The notes under the pieces were generated by a model. That model saw nothing but the letters and a program-made list of their open reading frames with translations, had not been told where the DNA came from and made no database searches. A DNA stretch of 63,696 bases, the filler included, from Globobulimina sp. (taxonomy: Eukaryota), in NCBI GenBank assembly GCA_003354225.1. It is 41 parts of 41 records of this genome, joined end to end, with 100 filler letters (N's around TTAATTAATTAA, not from the genome) between each part and the next. Parts side by side here need not be neighbours in the genome. Positions count along the whole stretch, not along the records: positions 1 to 1,458 come from PIVH01016360.1; positions 1,559 to 3,016 come from PIVH01016361.1; positions 3,117 to 4,574 come from PIVH01016362.1; positions 4,675 to 6,132 come from PIVH01016363.1; positions 6,233 to 7,690 come from PIVH01016364.1; positions 7,791 to 9,247 come from PIVH01016365.1; positions 9,348 to 10,804 come from PIVH01016366.1; positions 10,905 to 12,361 come from PIVH01016367.1; 33 more parts are not named here. One strand, 5' to 3'. Positions within the stretch are counted from its first letter, which is position 1. Every line of letters begins with the position of its first letter. Below are positions 1 to 12,461 of the stretch, one piece after another. Made by a program: the position numbers and the translations under genes.

Positions 1-226
1 GGGGGGTTGACCAAAAAAGGACTTTGAGCCAAGGACATGAGTTAGGGAGGCAAGGTGGGAGAAAAAATGGTTCTCAAACTCAAAGGGAGAGAATGATCAG
101 TAAGTGAAGACTAGCAATATTTCCATTTAACGTTTAATTTCCAATCAAATGCATGAAAAAAAAAAGATGACATATAAATTAAGAAAAAAAGTTCCATTAA
201 ATAACGAACACAAAACTTACATATTA

Positions 227-1235
227 CTAAAACACGACAAACACCAAAATCAATAAAACAACAATGAACAAGATTATAATGCAACATGTTGTCTTTCTTG
301 CATTGGTCTGATTTTTTTTTGCTTTGACTAAATTTGTTTTTCCTTTTTGCACATAATTCAGTGTTTGATCCACATTATTTTCAATATGATCTAAGTGTTC
401 TTGTTGGTCATCAATTAAAACAGCTAATTGTCCCCATAATTCATGTAACTCTCGAACACCTTTTTCAATATTTAATATTCCTTCATGTCGTTTTTCAATA
501 TCAACCCCACGGTCGATCATTGCATCCGGAATCATCAATGCCTGCTGCATAAAAGCTGTCGGATCATTCGACTCTACAATTTCTTCAATTTGCTCGTCGG
601 TAATGTCTTGATTTACTAATCTGGCTTGGCGGGCTATCTTTGTTCGTAATGACATCTTAAAAGAATCTGACGCTGAATTAAATGCTTGAAGAGCTTTCTG
701 TGTATTTTCATAAATTCTTTCAAAGTATAATTATAACAAATTGTATACAGCAAACTTGAAATCGTAGCGTCGATGTATTCAATTTGTTTACTCGCCATTG
801 AGCGAGTGTAGAATGTGGATGTTCTTTCTCATATTCATCATTTTTCTGTTTGTATATTTTCATTTTATTGCTGACTGCTTTGGCATAAGTCATTGTTGAT
901 GTTATTAAGGCGTCTAACTTGGACATAATATCCTTATGCTGAGTTTGTGTGGTTTCTGATTTTGCTCTTTTTTCCAGTTTCATGGTAGTTTTTGTATTAG
1001 AAATGATATTATTAATTAAAGCACTTAATTCGTCGAATTCTTGTTGAGTCTGTGTATCGTATTTCATTTGTATATACCACAAAGAAAAGATACAAAATGC
1101 TCGGAATTACCAACAAAATTTGTAAATGTATACCTGATCAAGAAATAACTCCTCAGCATCTGGTTCTCCCTCATTTTCATAAATTTCAATGATAATATCT
1201 TCATCTGGATCTCTAATTTTATCTAATAAATCCAT
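227..1235 (-). CDS. Syntaxin (Qa-SNARE, plasma-membrane type), 3 exons
   Basis: SNARE motif (IEKRHEGILNIEKGVRELHELW...QQEHLDHIENNV) followed by a C-terminal TM. GT-AG introns at 1050-1133 and 698-755 join MDLLDK.., the Habc region and the SNARE ORF in frame. Confidence 0.92.
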
Positions 1236-1314
1236 ACTGATTCTCAGAGTAGTGAAATGTTGAAATGTTTAAAAAACAAACCTCACTAAAATCATTATCA
1301 TTTTTGTCATCATC

Positions 1315-1458
1315 ATGGCGTCTGTTTGTGACAAAGAACATTACTTGGAACATCAGTTGTTTCTATGCCTTCATTGCGGAGCTGGAGGTATGCTTTGATT
1401 ATATATCAAAATTCAACAAATAATCATATGCACGATTTAACACTAAACAGCATTTGCA
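1315..1458 (+). CDS. 5' fragment of a Cys/His-rich protein, possibly UBR-box-like zinc finger
   Basis: ATG at 1315 gives MASVCDKEHYLEHQLFLCLHCGAG, then a GTATG donor and an AACAG acceptor near the contig end. Confidence 0.35.
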
Positions 1459-1558
1459 NNNNNNNNNNNNNNNNNNNNNNNNNNNNNNNNNNNNNNNNNN
1501 NNTTAATTAATTAANNNNNNNNNNNNNNNNNNNNNNNNNNNNNNNNNNNNNNNNNNNN
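1459..1558. other. Artificial contig linker (N44-TTAATTAATTAA-N44); first of 40 such linkers, spaced ~1555-1558 bp apart
   Basis: Identical 100-bp spacer with stops in all six frames recurs throughout; intervening contigs decrease from 1458 to 1455 bp. Confidence 0.99.
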
Positions 1559-1614
1559 CAAAACCATTGAGTAGTCACTGGAAATAATATTTTTCTGCCA
1601 CTGTGCTGTGAGTA

Positions 1615-2804
1615 ATGGCGTCGGAGAGAGATGATTCAAATGACTTACTATGTTATATTTGCCTTGAAATTTGTAGCAATCCATTAAAAAATTCAATTGG
1701 AAACACATATTGTTACGACTGCATTGTCCCGAGTTATGCGACTCGAATTGAGACATTACTCCAAGAAAAAGACAATGACGATTATAATAAAGATATGCTT
1801 GATCAAAAGACTATTTGTGTATTACCGCAAAATTCATTATTATTGGTCCCTGATTTTGAAAAATTAATAAAAATATATGAACATCGAAACAATACAAAAA
1901 TGAACCAAAAAGATAAATATTGGATGTAGCGGCTATGGAAAATTTGATAAAAACAATTTAGGTAAGAAACACGCCCAATATGTGTTGTTCTAACATGTAC
2001 AAATTGTGAATGGACACATAAGTGACATAACTCACATAAGTGACATACACAAGTTTCATTTATATAAATATAACGGAAATACCATCCCTTTAATATAAAT
2101 GAAACAATTGTTGGAGCAAAAGTGTTACACATTAATTCAGAACCGATTGTTGATGAAATATGGAAATTATTTGATTTGAAAAATAGATTTGATGCAGTGA
2201 TTGCGCGCAGTGTTAACGAATGGAATCAATCCTATGGTAAATATGAACCATTTAAATGGATAACACCGCAGTTTAAGATACCACCAACAAAAATGAATAA
2301 AACTACGGCCAATGACATAATGAATACGTATGAAATCGATCAATTATTTGCCGATTCTTTACATAATGAGTTACAAATCGATCAATTCGTTGCTGACATT
2401 GTCGCAGTTCTGATAAAATATGATGTGACTCAGAAGAATATGAATAGAGATCAAATGATGAATGATATAAAGGATAAAATGATGAATGTTATATTATGCA
2501 AACAAGAGGAAATCCGAAAGAATATTATCGATGATGGTGATCCAGAAAAGAAATATTCTGATTATAAAACAATGGATGCAAATATGGTTATAATTGATAA
2601 GCAACATCAAATTTTATGGTTCGCCAAATGTTTGAGTTTATAAAGAAAGGAGAAACATTTTCGCTTTGTTTTGAAGAGAGGAAATGTGGATCAATGCCTA
2701 TGGCAAAAAATACGTTAATACGTTTTCTTGAATATGGTGGTTTCAATAATCCCATTTCGAAACAAAAAGCAATATATAAAGGAATGGCAAATAAACTAAA
2801 ATAA
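1615..2804 (+). pseudogene. RING-finger-containing gene broken into several ORFs (pseudogene or error-prone contig)
   Basis: CYICLEICSNPLKNSIGNTYCYDCI is RING-like with H replaced by N. Consecutive same-strand ORFs are separated by stops or frameshifts without clear introns. Confidence 0.4.
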
Positions 2805-3116
2805 GAAATATTAAAAATATCAGCAAAGCTTCAAAAAATCCAGAACAAAAAGAAAGAGACAACACAGATTTGGATGACACAGATTATTTATGGTTAAAAG
2901 TAAAGTTAGATTTGGATTATAATCAAGAATTAAATAAATTTGATACAAAACTGGATTTAAAAAAAGAAATAAAAACACAATTACTAAAACATTTGAATTT
3001 AGCTGCTAACCTTCAANNNNNNNNNNNNNNNNNNNNNNNNNNNNNNNNNNNNNNNNNNNNTTAATTAATTAANNNNNNNNNNNNNNNNNNNNNNNNNNNN
3101 NNNNNNNNNNNNNNNN

Positions 3117-4418
3117 CATCCCAAAGGCTTATCCGACACTGAATTGATCGACAGCATACTCAGCGTATTCCTGATGGCAAAACAATTAATAGCACACGTC
3201 GAAATATCCAGCATTGAGCAAGGCATTCAAGGCAAGGTTGCCACGCTATTCGTGACCAACAAACTGAACAATGAGGCAGCCGCTGCGCAGCAGGAAGACA
3301 ACAACATTCGTCTCTGCGTGACTGGCAATGATGCGGTGGGCAAATCCACTCTAATCGGGGTGCTAACTCGTGGCAAGTTAGACGACGGCCACGGCAGTGC
3401 CCGGATGAATGTCTTTCGTCACCGGCACGAAATATTTGATGGCCGGACCTCCAGTATCAGTCATCATATATTAGGCTTTGATAAGAATGGCATTATTACA
3501 AACTACAAAGCTTTCCATGTGTCGCATTATAAGGAAATTGTCAAATCTTCCACCAAACTGATCACTTTTGTGGACCATCCCGGACATGAACGCTATTTCA
3601 AAACCAGTGTATTCGGATTGACGTCGCATAAGCCGCACTATGTGCTGTTGACGGTGAGCTTGGATGAATTCCACAAGAATAAGAATGTAAATACAAACTC
3701 CAACGCAGACAAGGAATGGACGCGAATGTTGTCATTGAATTTGGACGGTTTGCTGGATGGCAACACTGACGATTCTGACTCGGATTCGCAGAGTTTGAGC
3801 ATGCAAATGAAGCTCGGCTGTAATAAGGATGTGTTGCCGCAGAAATCCAATGACCCCTCGTCGGATTATCATAAATATCTAACTTTGTGCGAGAGCATCA
3901 ATGTGCCGCTGTTTATAGTGATCACGAAATCTGATATTGACTGTGATTTTGGGTATAAACTATTGCCCAAAATGCTGGACAAAATATCTGCAGTAACCAG
4001 TCACCAATCGCATACTAAACTAAAAATGCAGCTAATTGAGACGGCGTCGGAAGCGCAACGGGCGGCGCGCGCATTGGGCTCATCGGTGATATCTTACATT
4101 CCCGTCATTGTGTCTTCGTGCGTCAATGGCGAGGGACTGCGTATCTTGAAAACGTTTTTGTTCTCACTTCCGTCCAATTGCAGGGATAGCGACACAGAGA
4201 AGAAACGCAACGGCGAGGTTGAATTTGGCATTGATGATATTTATTCGGTGCATAATGTAGGCATTGTCACCTCCGTTTTTATTTTTTAGCATATTTACTG
4301 ATTCCAATTCATTGATCCAGGCATTGTGCGTTGTGGAAGTATCCATGTCGCGGATCAGTTATGTATAGGACCTGATAAATGCGGCGAGTTTAAAGACGTC
4401 ACAGTTGCTTCGATAAAG
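3117..4418 (+). CDS. GTPBP2: GTPBP1/GTPBP2-family translational GTPase (partial)
   Basis: G1 GNDAVGKSTLIGVLTRGKLDDGHG, FRHRHEIFDGRTSSIS, G3 DHPGHERYFKT, G4 TKSD. Domain II continues after a short intron (IVRCGSIHVADQLCIGPDKCGEF). Confidence 0.9.
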
Positions 4419-4674
4419 TTATTTATACCAATAATTAATATTTAATTATTTTTATTTTTAATATCTGTATATAAATGTTGTGTATATATCGTCAAAACAA
4501 AAAACAGAGACATGAGATCATGTCAACCTTAACTTCACAAAATCTGCTGTTAATAAAAGTGATTGAAATTGTTTNNNNNNNNNNNNNNNNNNNNNNNNNN
4601 NNNNNNNNNNNNNNNNNNTTAATTAATTAANNNNNNNNNNNNNNNNNNNNNNNNNNNNNNNNNNNNNNNNNNNN

Positions 4675-6110
4675 CAAGCTCAGGACAGAACATTAGTCAA
4701 ACATGTCGTCCGCACGACATTCCTCCCCCTATGAAATAAGTGGAAGAACGCAATGTAGAACGCAGGTTTGGCTAATGTCAAGACAATACAGATGCAATTT
4801 ACCAAATAACAAGAATTTAATATATAGAAGGAAAAGAAATTACAATAATCACTAATGGTTACAGTTTATGCATGATATTATAAAAATAGCAGTTGCGAAA
4901 GATTGTTTTATTGCTTAAATTCGAAAAGTGAAATTTTAGATTTGGAAAGTTAAATATTACAGTTTATACAATAATGCTCCTTGTCTTTTTAGATATCCAA
5001 TGATAACAAAAGATGAAAGTATCCATACTGCCGTGTCTACCATATTCCTCCTCCCGTAAAGAAAGTAACATTTCCTGAAATGAATCAAGTACATACATGA
5101 CACTAAAGAAAAAGAATAAACTCACTCTGAAAAGAAAACACAAATTGATAATAACTTAAAGAACTATTATATACTCTACTAGGGGAAATGTAATGTGAGG
5201 GTAATACCAGTGGGGAATAATAAGATATGGAAAATGTATTGATGATATGTTACTATTGTTGTATTGTGATGTTCAAGTTATACAAAATTAAGAAAAAGAA
5301 GACATTACCGAAAATGCCGAAAATTGACTACAAAAACAGCAACCAAATCAAAATCCACTTGAATATCAATTACCATCCAACATACAATAGGAAACAAGTG
5401 ACTGTAGGTAGCGACTGGATTTCGTCGTTGATACCATTTGTACACATTACAATAGGGCTTCTTATCATAATGTATCTAAGGATTCGAATACTGACTAATT
5501 GCAACACCACATGTAGCCATCGGTAAACAAAACATCTTGCAATGATAAAGAAACAACATTGACTTTGTAAATAAAGTAATTTAGTGATTTTAACGCCAAA
5601 TTTTAGTGAATAGGGTCCAATACCCAAAAAAGAAAATAACGCGAAAACAAAAAGAAATTTAGATCCATTAAGCAGACAAGAGAAAACTAAAAGAGAAACA
5701 AAATATAATGACAAATGGGATACGTACACTGATACTAAACAAACTATAGGTTCCAGCCACAAAACTCAAACCATTTCCAAGTTATTCTCGCTACGATTGC
5801 ATGGAGTCCATAATCAACTTCATCCAACCAACCACTTGCGCTAATCAGAGGAAAACCATTAGACAGGATCACCAACCTGGATTTACAGTACCACCAAGTT
5901 CCAAAACTGCCTAAACATCCGCTAAACAAGGAAAATGTGTAAAAGTGTGGGGTCCACCTGTAAGATAATTAGCCTTCAAGTATGCACAAAACTATATAAT
6001 GGCCCTAAGTAAAGTATAGAAGGCTAACTTCTTAGCAAACTAAATGTACGAAAGTGGCCATATTATTATGCCTTTGTCTCTTAACCTTTAACTCATAAAG
6101 TACTAAACAG
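4675..6110 (-). mobile_element. Decayed LTR retrotransposon 3' end (Ty3/gypsy-like integrase GPY/F remnant, PPT, start of 3' LTR)
   Basis: Minus strand, with frameshifts and stops: RDKGIIIWP..AKKLA..YLGP/YIV..NYL..HIFLV*RM at ~5915-6085. PPT AGGGGGAGGAA (4730-4720) is directly followed by TGT. Confidence 0.5.
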
Positions 6111-6232
6111 TTTTTACTATAAATAGGTACAANNNNNNNNNNNNNNNNNNNNNNNNNNNNNNNNNNNNNNNNNNNNTTAATTAATTAANNNNNNNNNNNN
6201 NNNNNNNNNNNNNNNNNNNNNNNNNNNNNNNN

Positions 6233-7479
6233 GGACCCTCAAGTCGGCAAAACAACCTTTTTAACCAAACATTTGAATGGTTCATTTAATGCATCCTATA
6301 ATGCAACAATCGGTGCATCCACATTCCATCTCCAATTTAATACAAAGTTACATACAAATATATATTATATATTATATATCTATACACATCAAACCTACAT
6401 AAATAATATAATCCAGTTTATCCTGTCATAATTACGAAGTGTTTGATGTAGCGGGCCAGAATTTATTCGCAGGCAAACGAGACAAATATTATAAAGACAT
6501 AGACGGAGCCCTCATTATGTACGACGTGATGAACTGGAGCAGCTATGACAATGTTTGCGATGTTTGGTTAAAAGAATTGGTGCATCACAAGAAAGGACCC
6601 AATGTGATCCCAATCTGTATCGTTGGCAATAAAATGGAGAATCGGGATATCCGTAAAGTGTCCGTCGAAGTGGTCGCGGAAGCCATATCGCAAAAATTTG
6701 AACCGCGCGGTGTTGGATATTGTGAGATTTCGGTGAAAACCAATCAAAATTTAGCTGAACCTTTCTTATTTTTGACGAAAAGGATATTAAATATTAATGA
6801 CAGCAAAGCATTATATTTTGTGAGTAAAATCTCTGAAACTTATTTAATTGAATCTATGTTGGAACAAAAAAAAAACAAAGACGAACAAGATAAAAAAAGT
6901 AGCGCCGTGGCGGTGGATTCCACACCAAAGAATTTAGAAAATTTATTTTTGAACACCGACGCCGATATAAATATCAATATAAATGATGCCAATGATGCGG
7001 CGAAGGGTGGTGACTATTTGGATGATTTTATATTTTCACTCGAGACGAATAAAAAAGTAAATGAACAGAAAGCGACTGAGCCGTCCATTAATTCGCTATC
7101 TATTGGCGATGACGATACTTTTTTAGCGGATATGATGGGGAATCAACCAATAAAAAAACCAAAAGTTCTAAAAACAAAATCGGTTTCGGCGACAAAAACG
7201 TTGCCGCAAAATAATGTGAATGCGACACAAAAACAAGCAGCTCGGGACCGAGCAAGCAGTGTTGGTAAAAAAAGTGCGATTGCTGCAAAACCAGCTAAGA
7301 GTAAAGTACATGCACAACAGTCGAGGGCAAAAAATAAAGCTATTCCACAGAAACCACAGCAAGACAATGGTGTTATGATTGAAATATTGTTGGGGATTCA
7401 AGAGACTCTCAATAATTTACAATTGGATGTTCGTAAATTGCAAAATGATGTTTCTTACTTAAAATCACAACGAAAATGA
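6233..7479 (+). CDS. Divergent Ran-like small GTPase with long C-terminal extension (5' truncated)
   Basis: Exon 1 DPQVGKTTFLTKHLNGSF..YNATIG; intron 6347-6416; DVAGQNLFAGKRDKYY, GNKME, EISVK, and EPFLFL, which matches the Ran EKPFLWL segment. Confidence 0.8.
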
Positions 7480-7790
7480 TACAAATAATTCACAATACGT
7501 AATGCAAAACATTTAATAATTTGTTTGGAACGTTTTGTGTTGTAAATTTATTATTTTTTTTCTCTTCATAATCTTATTATAGATATTTACAAAATAACTG
7601 AACGATATATTGCCCCCTGTATACCGAATATTTCTCTTACGTTTCCAACAAACTTCAAAACACTAAGGATTAAAGCCTCCACAATAAATANNNNNNNNNN
7701 NNNNNNNNNNNNNNNNNNNNNNNNNNNNNNNNNNTTAATTAATTAANNNNNNNNNNNNNNNNNNNNNNNNNNNNNNNNNNNNNNNNNNNN

Positions 7791-7969
7791 GCCGCGTAAT
7801 AAGATAGAAAATCTGGTAATAGGGCAATCAATTCATCGACCAGTTTTTTGCAGGATTCGTATGAATTTTGTCCTCGCATACTTTGGAAAATAGAGTTAAT
7901 TAACGCGATTCGTTGCATTACCTTCCGATTCTGTGACTGTGTGGGTGTCTTGGTATTTAAAGTACTCAT
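7791..7969 (-). CDS. Hypothetical protein, N-terminal fragment
   Basis: ATG-initiated ORF running off the contig edge; no motif recognised. Confidence 0.3.
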
Positions 7970-8378
7970 TATTTGCAGCTTTGTAATAATGTTTTCAATG
8001 GTTTTGTTGTGTCAAGATATCTTGGTTGTGTGTTGGTGTTTTTCTTATTATAAACCGGCACAAAAACGTGTGAACAACGCTGAAAGTACAGCTCTTTTGG
8101 TTCAGTTAATGGACAAAAAATATACTTCATTTAAATTAAAAGAAAATTAAGCAAAATTAGCAACAGTTTATCAACAAAGAAAATTTTAGACGTTATTAAA
8201 ACTTTCCATTTTTCTTGTTATACTGCCACTGTCATTCACACAAAAAAAATTTAAAAAAACAGATAATTGAGTCTATTGAGATAAAAATATATAAAATCAG
8301 AATTAATAATTGAGAACGAAAATTGATTGAAATTGAAACAATAAACCACTTTACAATGATGTCAAAATATCAAATAAG

Positions 8379-9013
8379 TTATACGGCCGTCGGATGTTCG
8401 GCAATCACATTGACAGCATCGCCGATAGTAACAATTTGCTCAGCCTCTTCGTCGGGAATTTCAACGTCAAATTCATGTTCTAATGCTAAGCCAAATTCCA
8501 CCACATCTAAACTATCTAAACCCAAATCATTATACAAATGCGTATGATGTCCTATTGTTTTATGCTCGGTTTGGGCCCTCTCCATTGCCAACAGCACCGT
8601 CCTTATCCTTTTCAATACGTCCGCTTTCTCCAAATTCTGCATTCGGTCATTTGCAGCTATGGCCCATCTGTCTTTCTCTTCTTTTTCCAACATATAATGA
8701 TGTCTCTCGTAATCAGACTCTTCCTGCGGTGCATAATGCGGGTCCCATAAATACGGATTATCGTCCAAATTAGCACTGGGGTCCTCTCCCGGTGATGGAC
8801 CACCTAAATGGGGATGGTGGATATCTGCCGCTGAACCATGGCCGCCTGAAAACCTATATCGATTGAGGCTGTATTTATATTTTTATGTTTAATATATTAT
8901 ATATGCGATTTTGCGGCAGATAGAATTGAGCCAACATACCTAATGAGCGAGGTGGTTGATTTTGAAAGTAATGGCTTGTGTAATAATGAGATTGACCGAG
9001 TTAATCGAAACAT
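8379..9013 (-). CDS. ACP: Mitochondrial acyl carrier protein (NDUFAB1-like), 2 exons
   Basis: [11 protein letters not shown] phosphopantetheine site and [16 protein letters not shown]-rich presequence [18 protein letters not shown]. Intron 8869-8939. Confidence 0.93.
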
Positions 9014-9176
9014 GATTTTTTTTTCTGTGATAAAAAGGCTGAGCGAGTGGTTTATTGTCTGGAGGATGATGGCTAGTCACTAAAAGAAAGTTTTGTGTTT
9101 AATAGATTAAAAATAGATTTGTGTACAGCAACTGAAGGAGTAAATTCTGTTTTTAATCTATTATTTCAGCTAATTT

Positions 9177-9230
9177 TACCGATAATTAAATCATAATTGT
9201 ACAATAATACCGATAATTAAATCATAATTG
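9177..9230. repeat. 23-bp direct repeat x2 upstream of ACP
   Basis: TACCGATAATTAAATCATAATTG at 9177-9199 and 9208-9230. Confidence 0.85.
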
Positions 9231-10904
9231 ATATTTTTTTTATATCTNNNNNNNNNNNNNNNNNNNNNNNNNNNNNNNNNNNNNNNNNNNNTTAATTAAT
9301 TAANNNNNNNNNNNNNNNNNNNNNNNNNNNNNNNNNNNNNNNNNNNNCAGCAACAGAAATTAAAAAGATGTTATCCGGACTCAAGACTGCAAAAAATATG
9401 TTATAAAATTGGTTGAAAGTCGTGTCACCAGCAACATGACACTCCACAATCGAACAATATACTCACATAAGACTCAATTAATCACATCAATCATGCTCAA
9501 CATCAATGAATTACATTCAAACACGGACATTAATATAACAATTACGCATTTTAAACAACGCCGCATTGATATGAAAATATATCAATTTTTGTATGTAAGA
9601 ATGGATTTAAACAAACAAAAAAGTTCAAATTATATCACATATGGTAGTTTTTAACAAATTGTAAGCATTACACATTACATTTATTATCAATTCTAAGCCA
9701 TTATTTGTACAATAAAAGTTATATAAAACACATTAAAAAAAAACAGATTGCAAATTTTAAATAAAAGAAAACGCATCGATTAAAACACCACCAACTGCTT
9801 CAAATATAAATAATTTATTAGAATATGGTGAATTATATCAAGAATGCTACAAAAATTACTATTTTATGTCAAATATTGCTTAAACACGGCGTCAAACGAC
9901 GCCTTCATTATTACCATCAAAAACGTTATATTTTGAAAATATTTTTGTTATTTTATGGAAAACGCAAAATAATTGCCTTTCCATTGGATTTTATCACAAA
10001 AAAGAAGACATATTCGGCAACAACAACTATTTTTGCTGCTAAATAAGTTAATTAATTTATTTTTGTTTCATGTTTGTTGATAGAATTTTACATATTAAAA
10101 AAAGGTTTATTTGGTGCTATGGAAAACATATTATTTTAAAGGCGACGCTGCACAGAATTTTCCAAAGACACTCGGTCGGATATTTTGGAGGATTTTGATA
10201 CGTTTTATGATGACAAACACATTTTATTCATGTTCAAAAATTGGCTAAAGTAGGGATTTGGAATTAAATGGCCCAACATATTAAGGAATTATATTTAATT
10301 AATTTTGGCAATGTAAGAAAAAAATAGAAATATCAAAACAAAAAACCAGTACCAATCGCAAAAAAACACAAGTTTCAACACTGAATATGTAACAATATAT
10401 ATGTTTATTTAATGTGATGTATTTATTTCAATAATTTATTTTGTGTTGTTCCATTTTTTCTTTTTTTCCAAAAGTTTTTTCAAAAATGTTCGTTCAAACT
10501 CCAGATATTTAGCTCCTAAAACATGGTGTCTTTACAATGGGATCCTGACCACGGATTTGTCCAATATTCATGTGAGACCTTCATAATGGTCCAATAAGTA
10601 TGTGTGTAAAGTTTGAAATAGATTCACCGAAACCTCCATGTTTTAGTCAATATATAGATGAATAAAATCCGTCAAATCGACACGTTTGTATAAACCCGAA
10701 ACTCGGTTCGGGTGAAAGCGTGAAGAGTTTATATTTAGCATATATTATATTGGTCATAGACGGGATGATGAGATTGCTATTATTCGGGTGTGTTCTGCCT
10801 ATATNNNNNNNNNNNNNNNNNNNNNNNNNNNNNNNNNNNNNNNNNNNNTTAATTAATTAANNNNNNNNNNNNNNNNNNNNNNNNNNNNNNNNNNNNNNNN
10901 NNNN

Positions 10905-11192
10905 TTCTTTTCCTTTTTCTTGGCTCATAAATACATTTATTAATCGCTCGTAATCTTGTTGTTGTAATGAATTATTTGCAGTTCCTAAATCTCTTTGTTT
11001 CAGTTCAGACTCTGCCACTTTCATAAAACGAATGTTTTCAGCATTCAAATATTTGTCTACTAATTCCGTGGATGTTAGCCATTTATAGATGTGACTTAAT
11101 ACATCATCTGAACCAATTACTCGGCTCTTCTTACTGCAGGAACTCATTGATAGAATGTTTAAGATCATTATAATAATACATTTGGTTGACAT
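10905..11192 (-). CDS. Hypothetical protein fragment
   Basis: ORF running off the contig; divergent from the 11451 gene. Confidence 0.35.
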
Positions 11193-11450
11193 TGAATTGA
11201 ATGATTAATTGTGGGTAAATAAAATGCGGTGAATGATAGTGCGAATTTGCATTGTAAAATAATTTAATGTGTGACAGCTGCATATTGAAAATACATACAT
11301 CAATATGTTATTATCTACACTTTTCCTGCTCTGACGATCACTGAGACCATTAATTAAAAGTATCCATTTCACTGAGACCAATAAACCTTTTTGATAATCT
11401 TCAACGATCACTGAACCAGTGAACCTTAGTAAAAAACTTGTCAGTCCGCC

Positions 11451-12361
11451 ATGCATCAACGCATTTTACGTTCTGCGATGTGTTCCAATTCATCAAAGTT
11501 TATTGCTGGAGGATTTACTGTCGGAATACCATTATATTTATATCATTTATACACGACAAGAATAACACAATCTAATCAAACAAATGTATCAATTGATAAC
11601 AACGATGTTCTTGAAACATCATTTAAAACAAGATTTTTATACAAATTGTATCATTTGGACTTTAGCGAGATACGAAGAACTGAAGTATTAATTGAATTGA
11701 TTTTATTATCAACTCCAGCAATATTCGCTGGAATTGTATCATACAAAACATATTTTACTCAGTCGATGAAATGGAAAAGAAAGCATTTCTACAATTCTGT
11801 CAATGTATCGTTAAACACAATAATTCCAAATAAATCACGCTTTAATATGAGAGTGCGTACTATTTTAGAAACAAACATTAATAATATCGTTCCAAACGAT
11901 AAAGGTTTCCGTAACTTGAAATCAAATTATATTCAATCTTCAAATAACATTGAAAACTCAAAGTGTTTTTGAAATAATTTGATTTCAATTAAAATCATGT
12001 CAAATCTCAAAGCGATTAAAATCATTACTAACGCTGCAAAACGAACAAAAGTTTCACAGCAATTTATTATTATCGATGACGATGAAACAAGGAAATCAAT
12101 ACGTAATTTATTCAAAGATCATATCATTCAATTATCAAATCAAACATTTATAGCTCAGGATTTATTGAATAATATGGAATACGGAATAATACAAAAATAT
12201 ATTATGTTTATGACTTTATGGCCACAGACAAGTATCGGACCATACCAATTTAATCAGAAAATTCGGATCCAATTAATTAAGAAAGAATCCATCAGACACT
12301 TAATAAAAGAAATAGGAACAACAGATCAAGCTGTTTGGAACAAACGTTTTGACGGATTTTT
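11451..12361 (+). CDS. Hypothetical membrane protein with mitochondrial-type presequence (3' truncated)
   Basis: MHQRILRSAM.. N-terminus and two hydrophobic segments. Phase-1 GT-AG intron 11905-12012 joins the two ORFs. Confidence 0.65.
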
Positions 12362-12461
12362 NNNNNNNNNNNNNNNNNNNNNNNNNNNNNNNNNNNNNNN
12401 NNNNNTTAATTAATTAANNNNNNNNNNNNNNNNNNNNNNNNNNNNNNNNNNNNNNNNNNNN

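Noticed and set aside
5227-5929. Hydrophobic ORFs suggesting mitochondrial genes
   Set aside because: No respiratory-chain motifs, and TAA/TAG stops interrupt them; the retroelement remnant explains the contig better
9348-10804. Fragmentary ORFs and a CCCGAA/TTCGGG hairpin near 10694-10712
   Set aside because: No consistent exon chain or recognisable motif; a 6-bp stem is expected by chance
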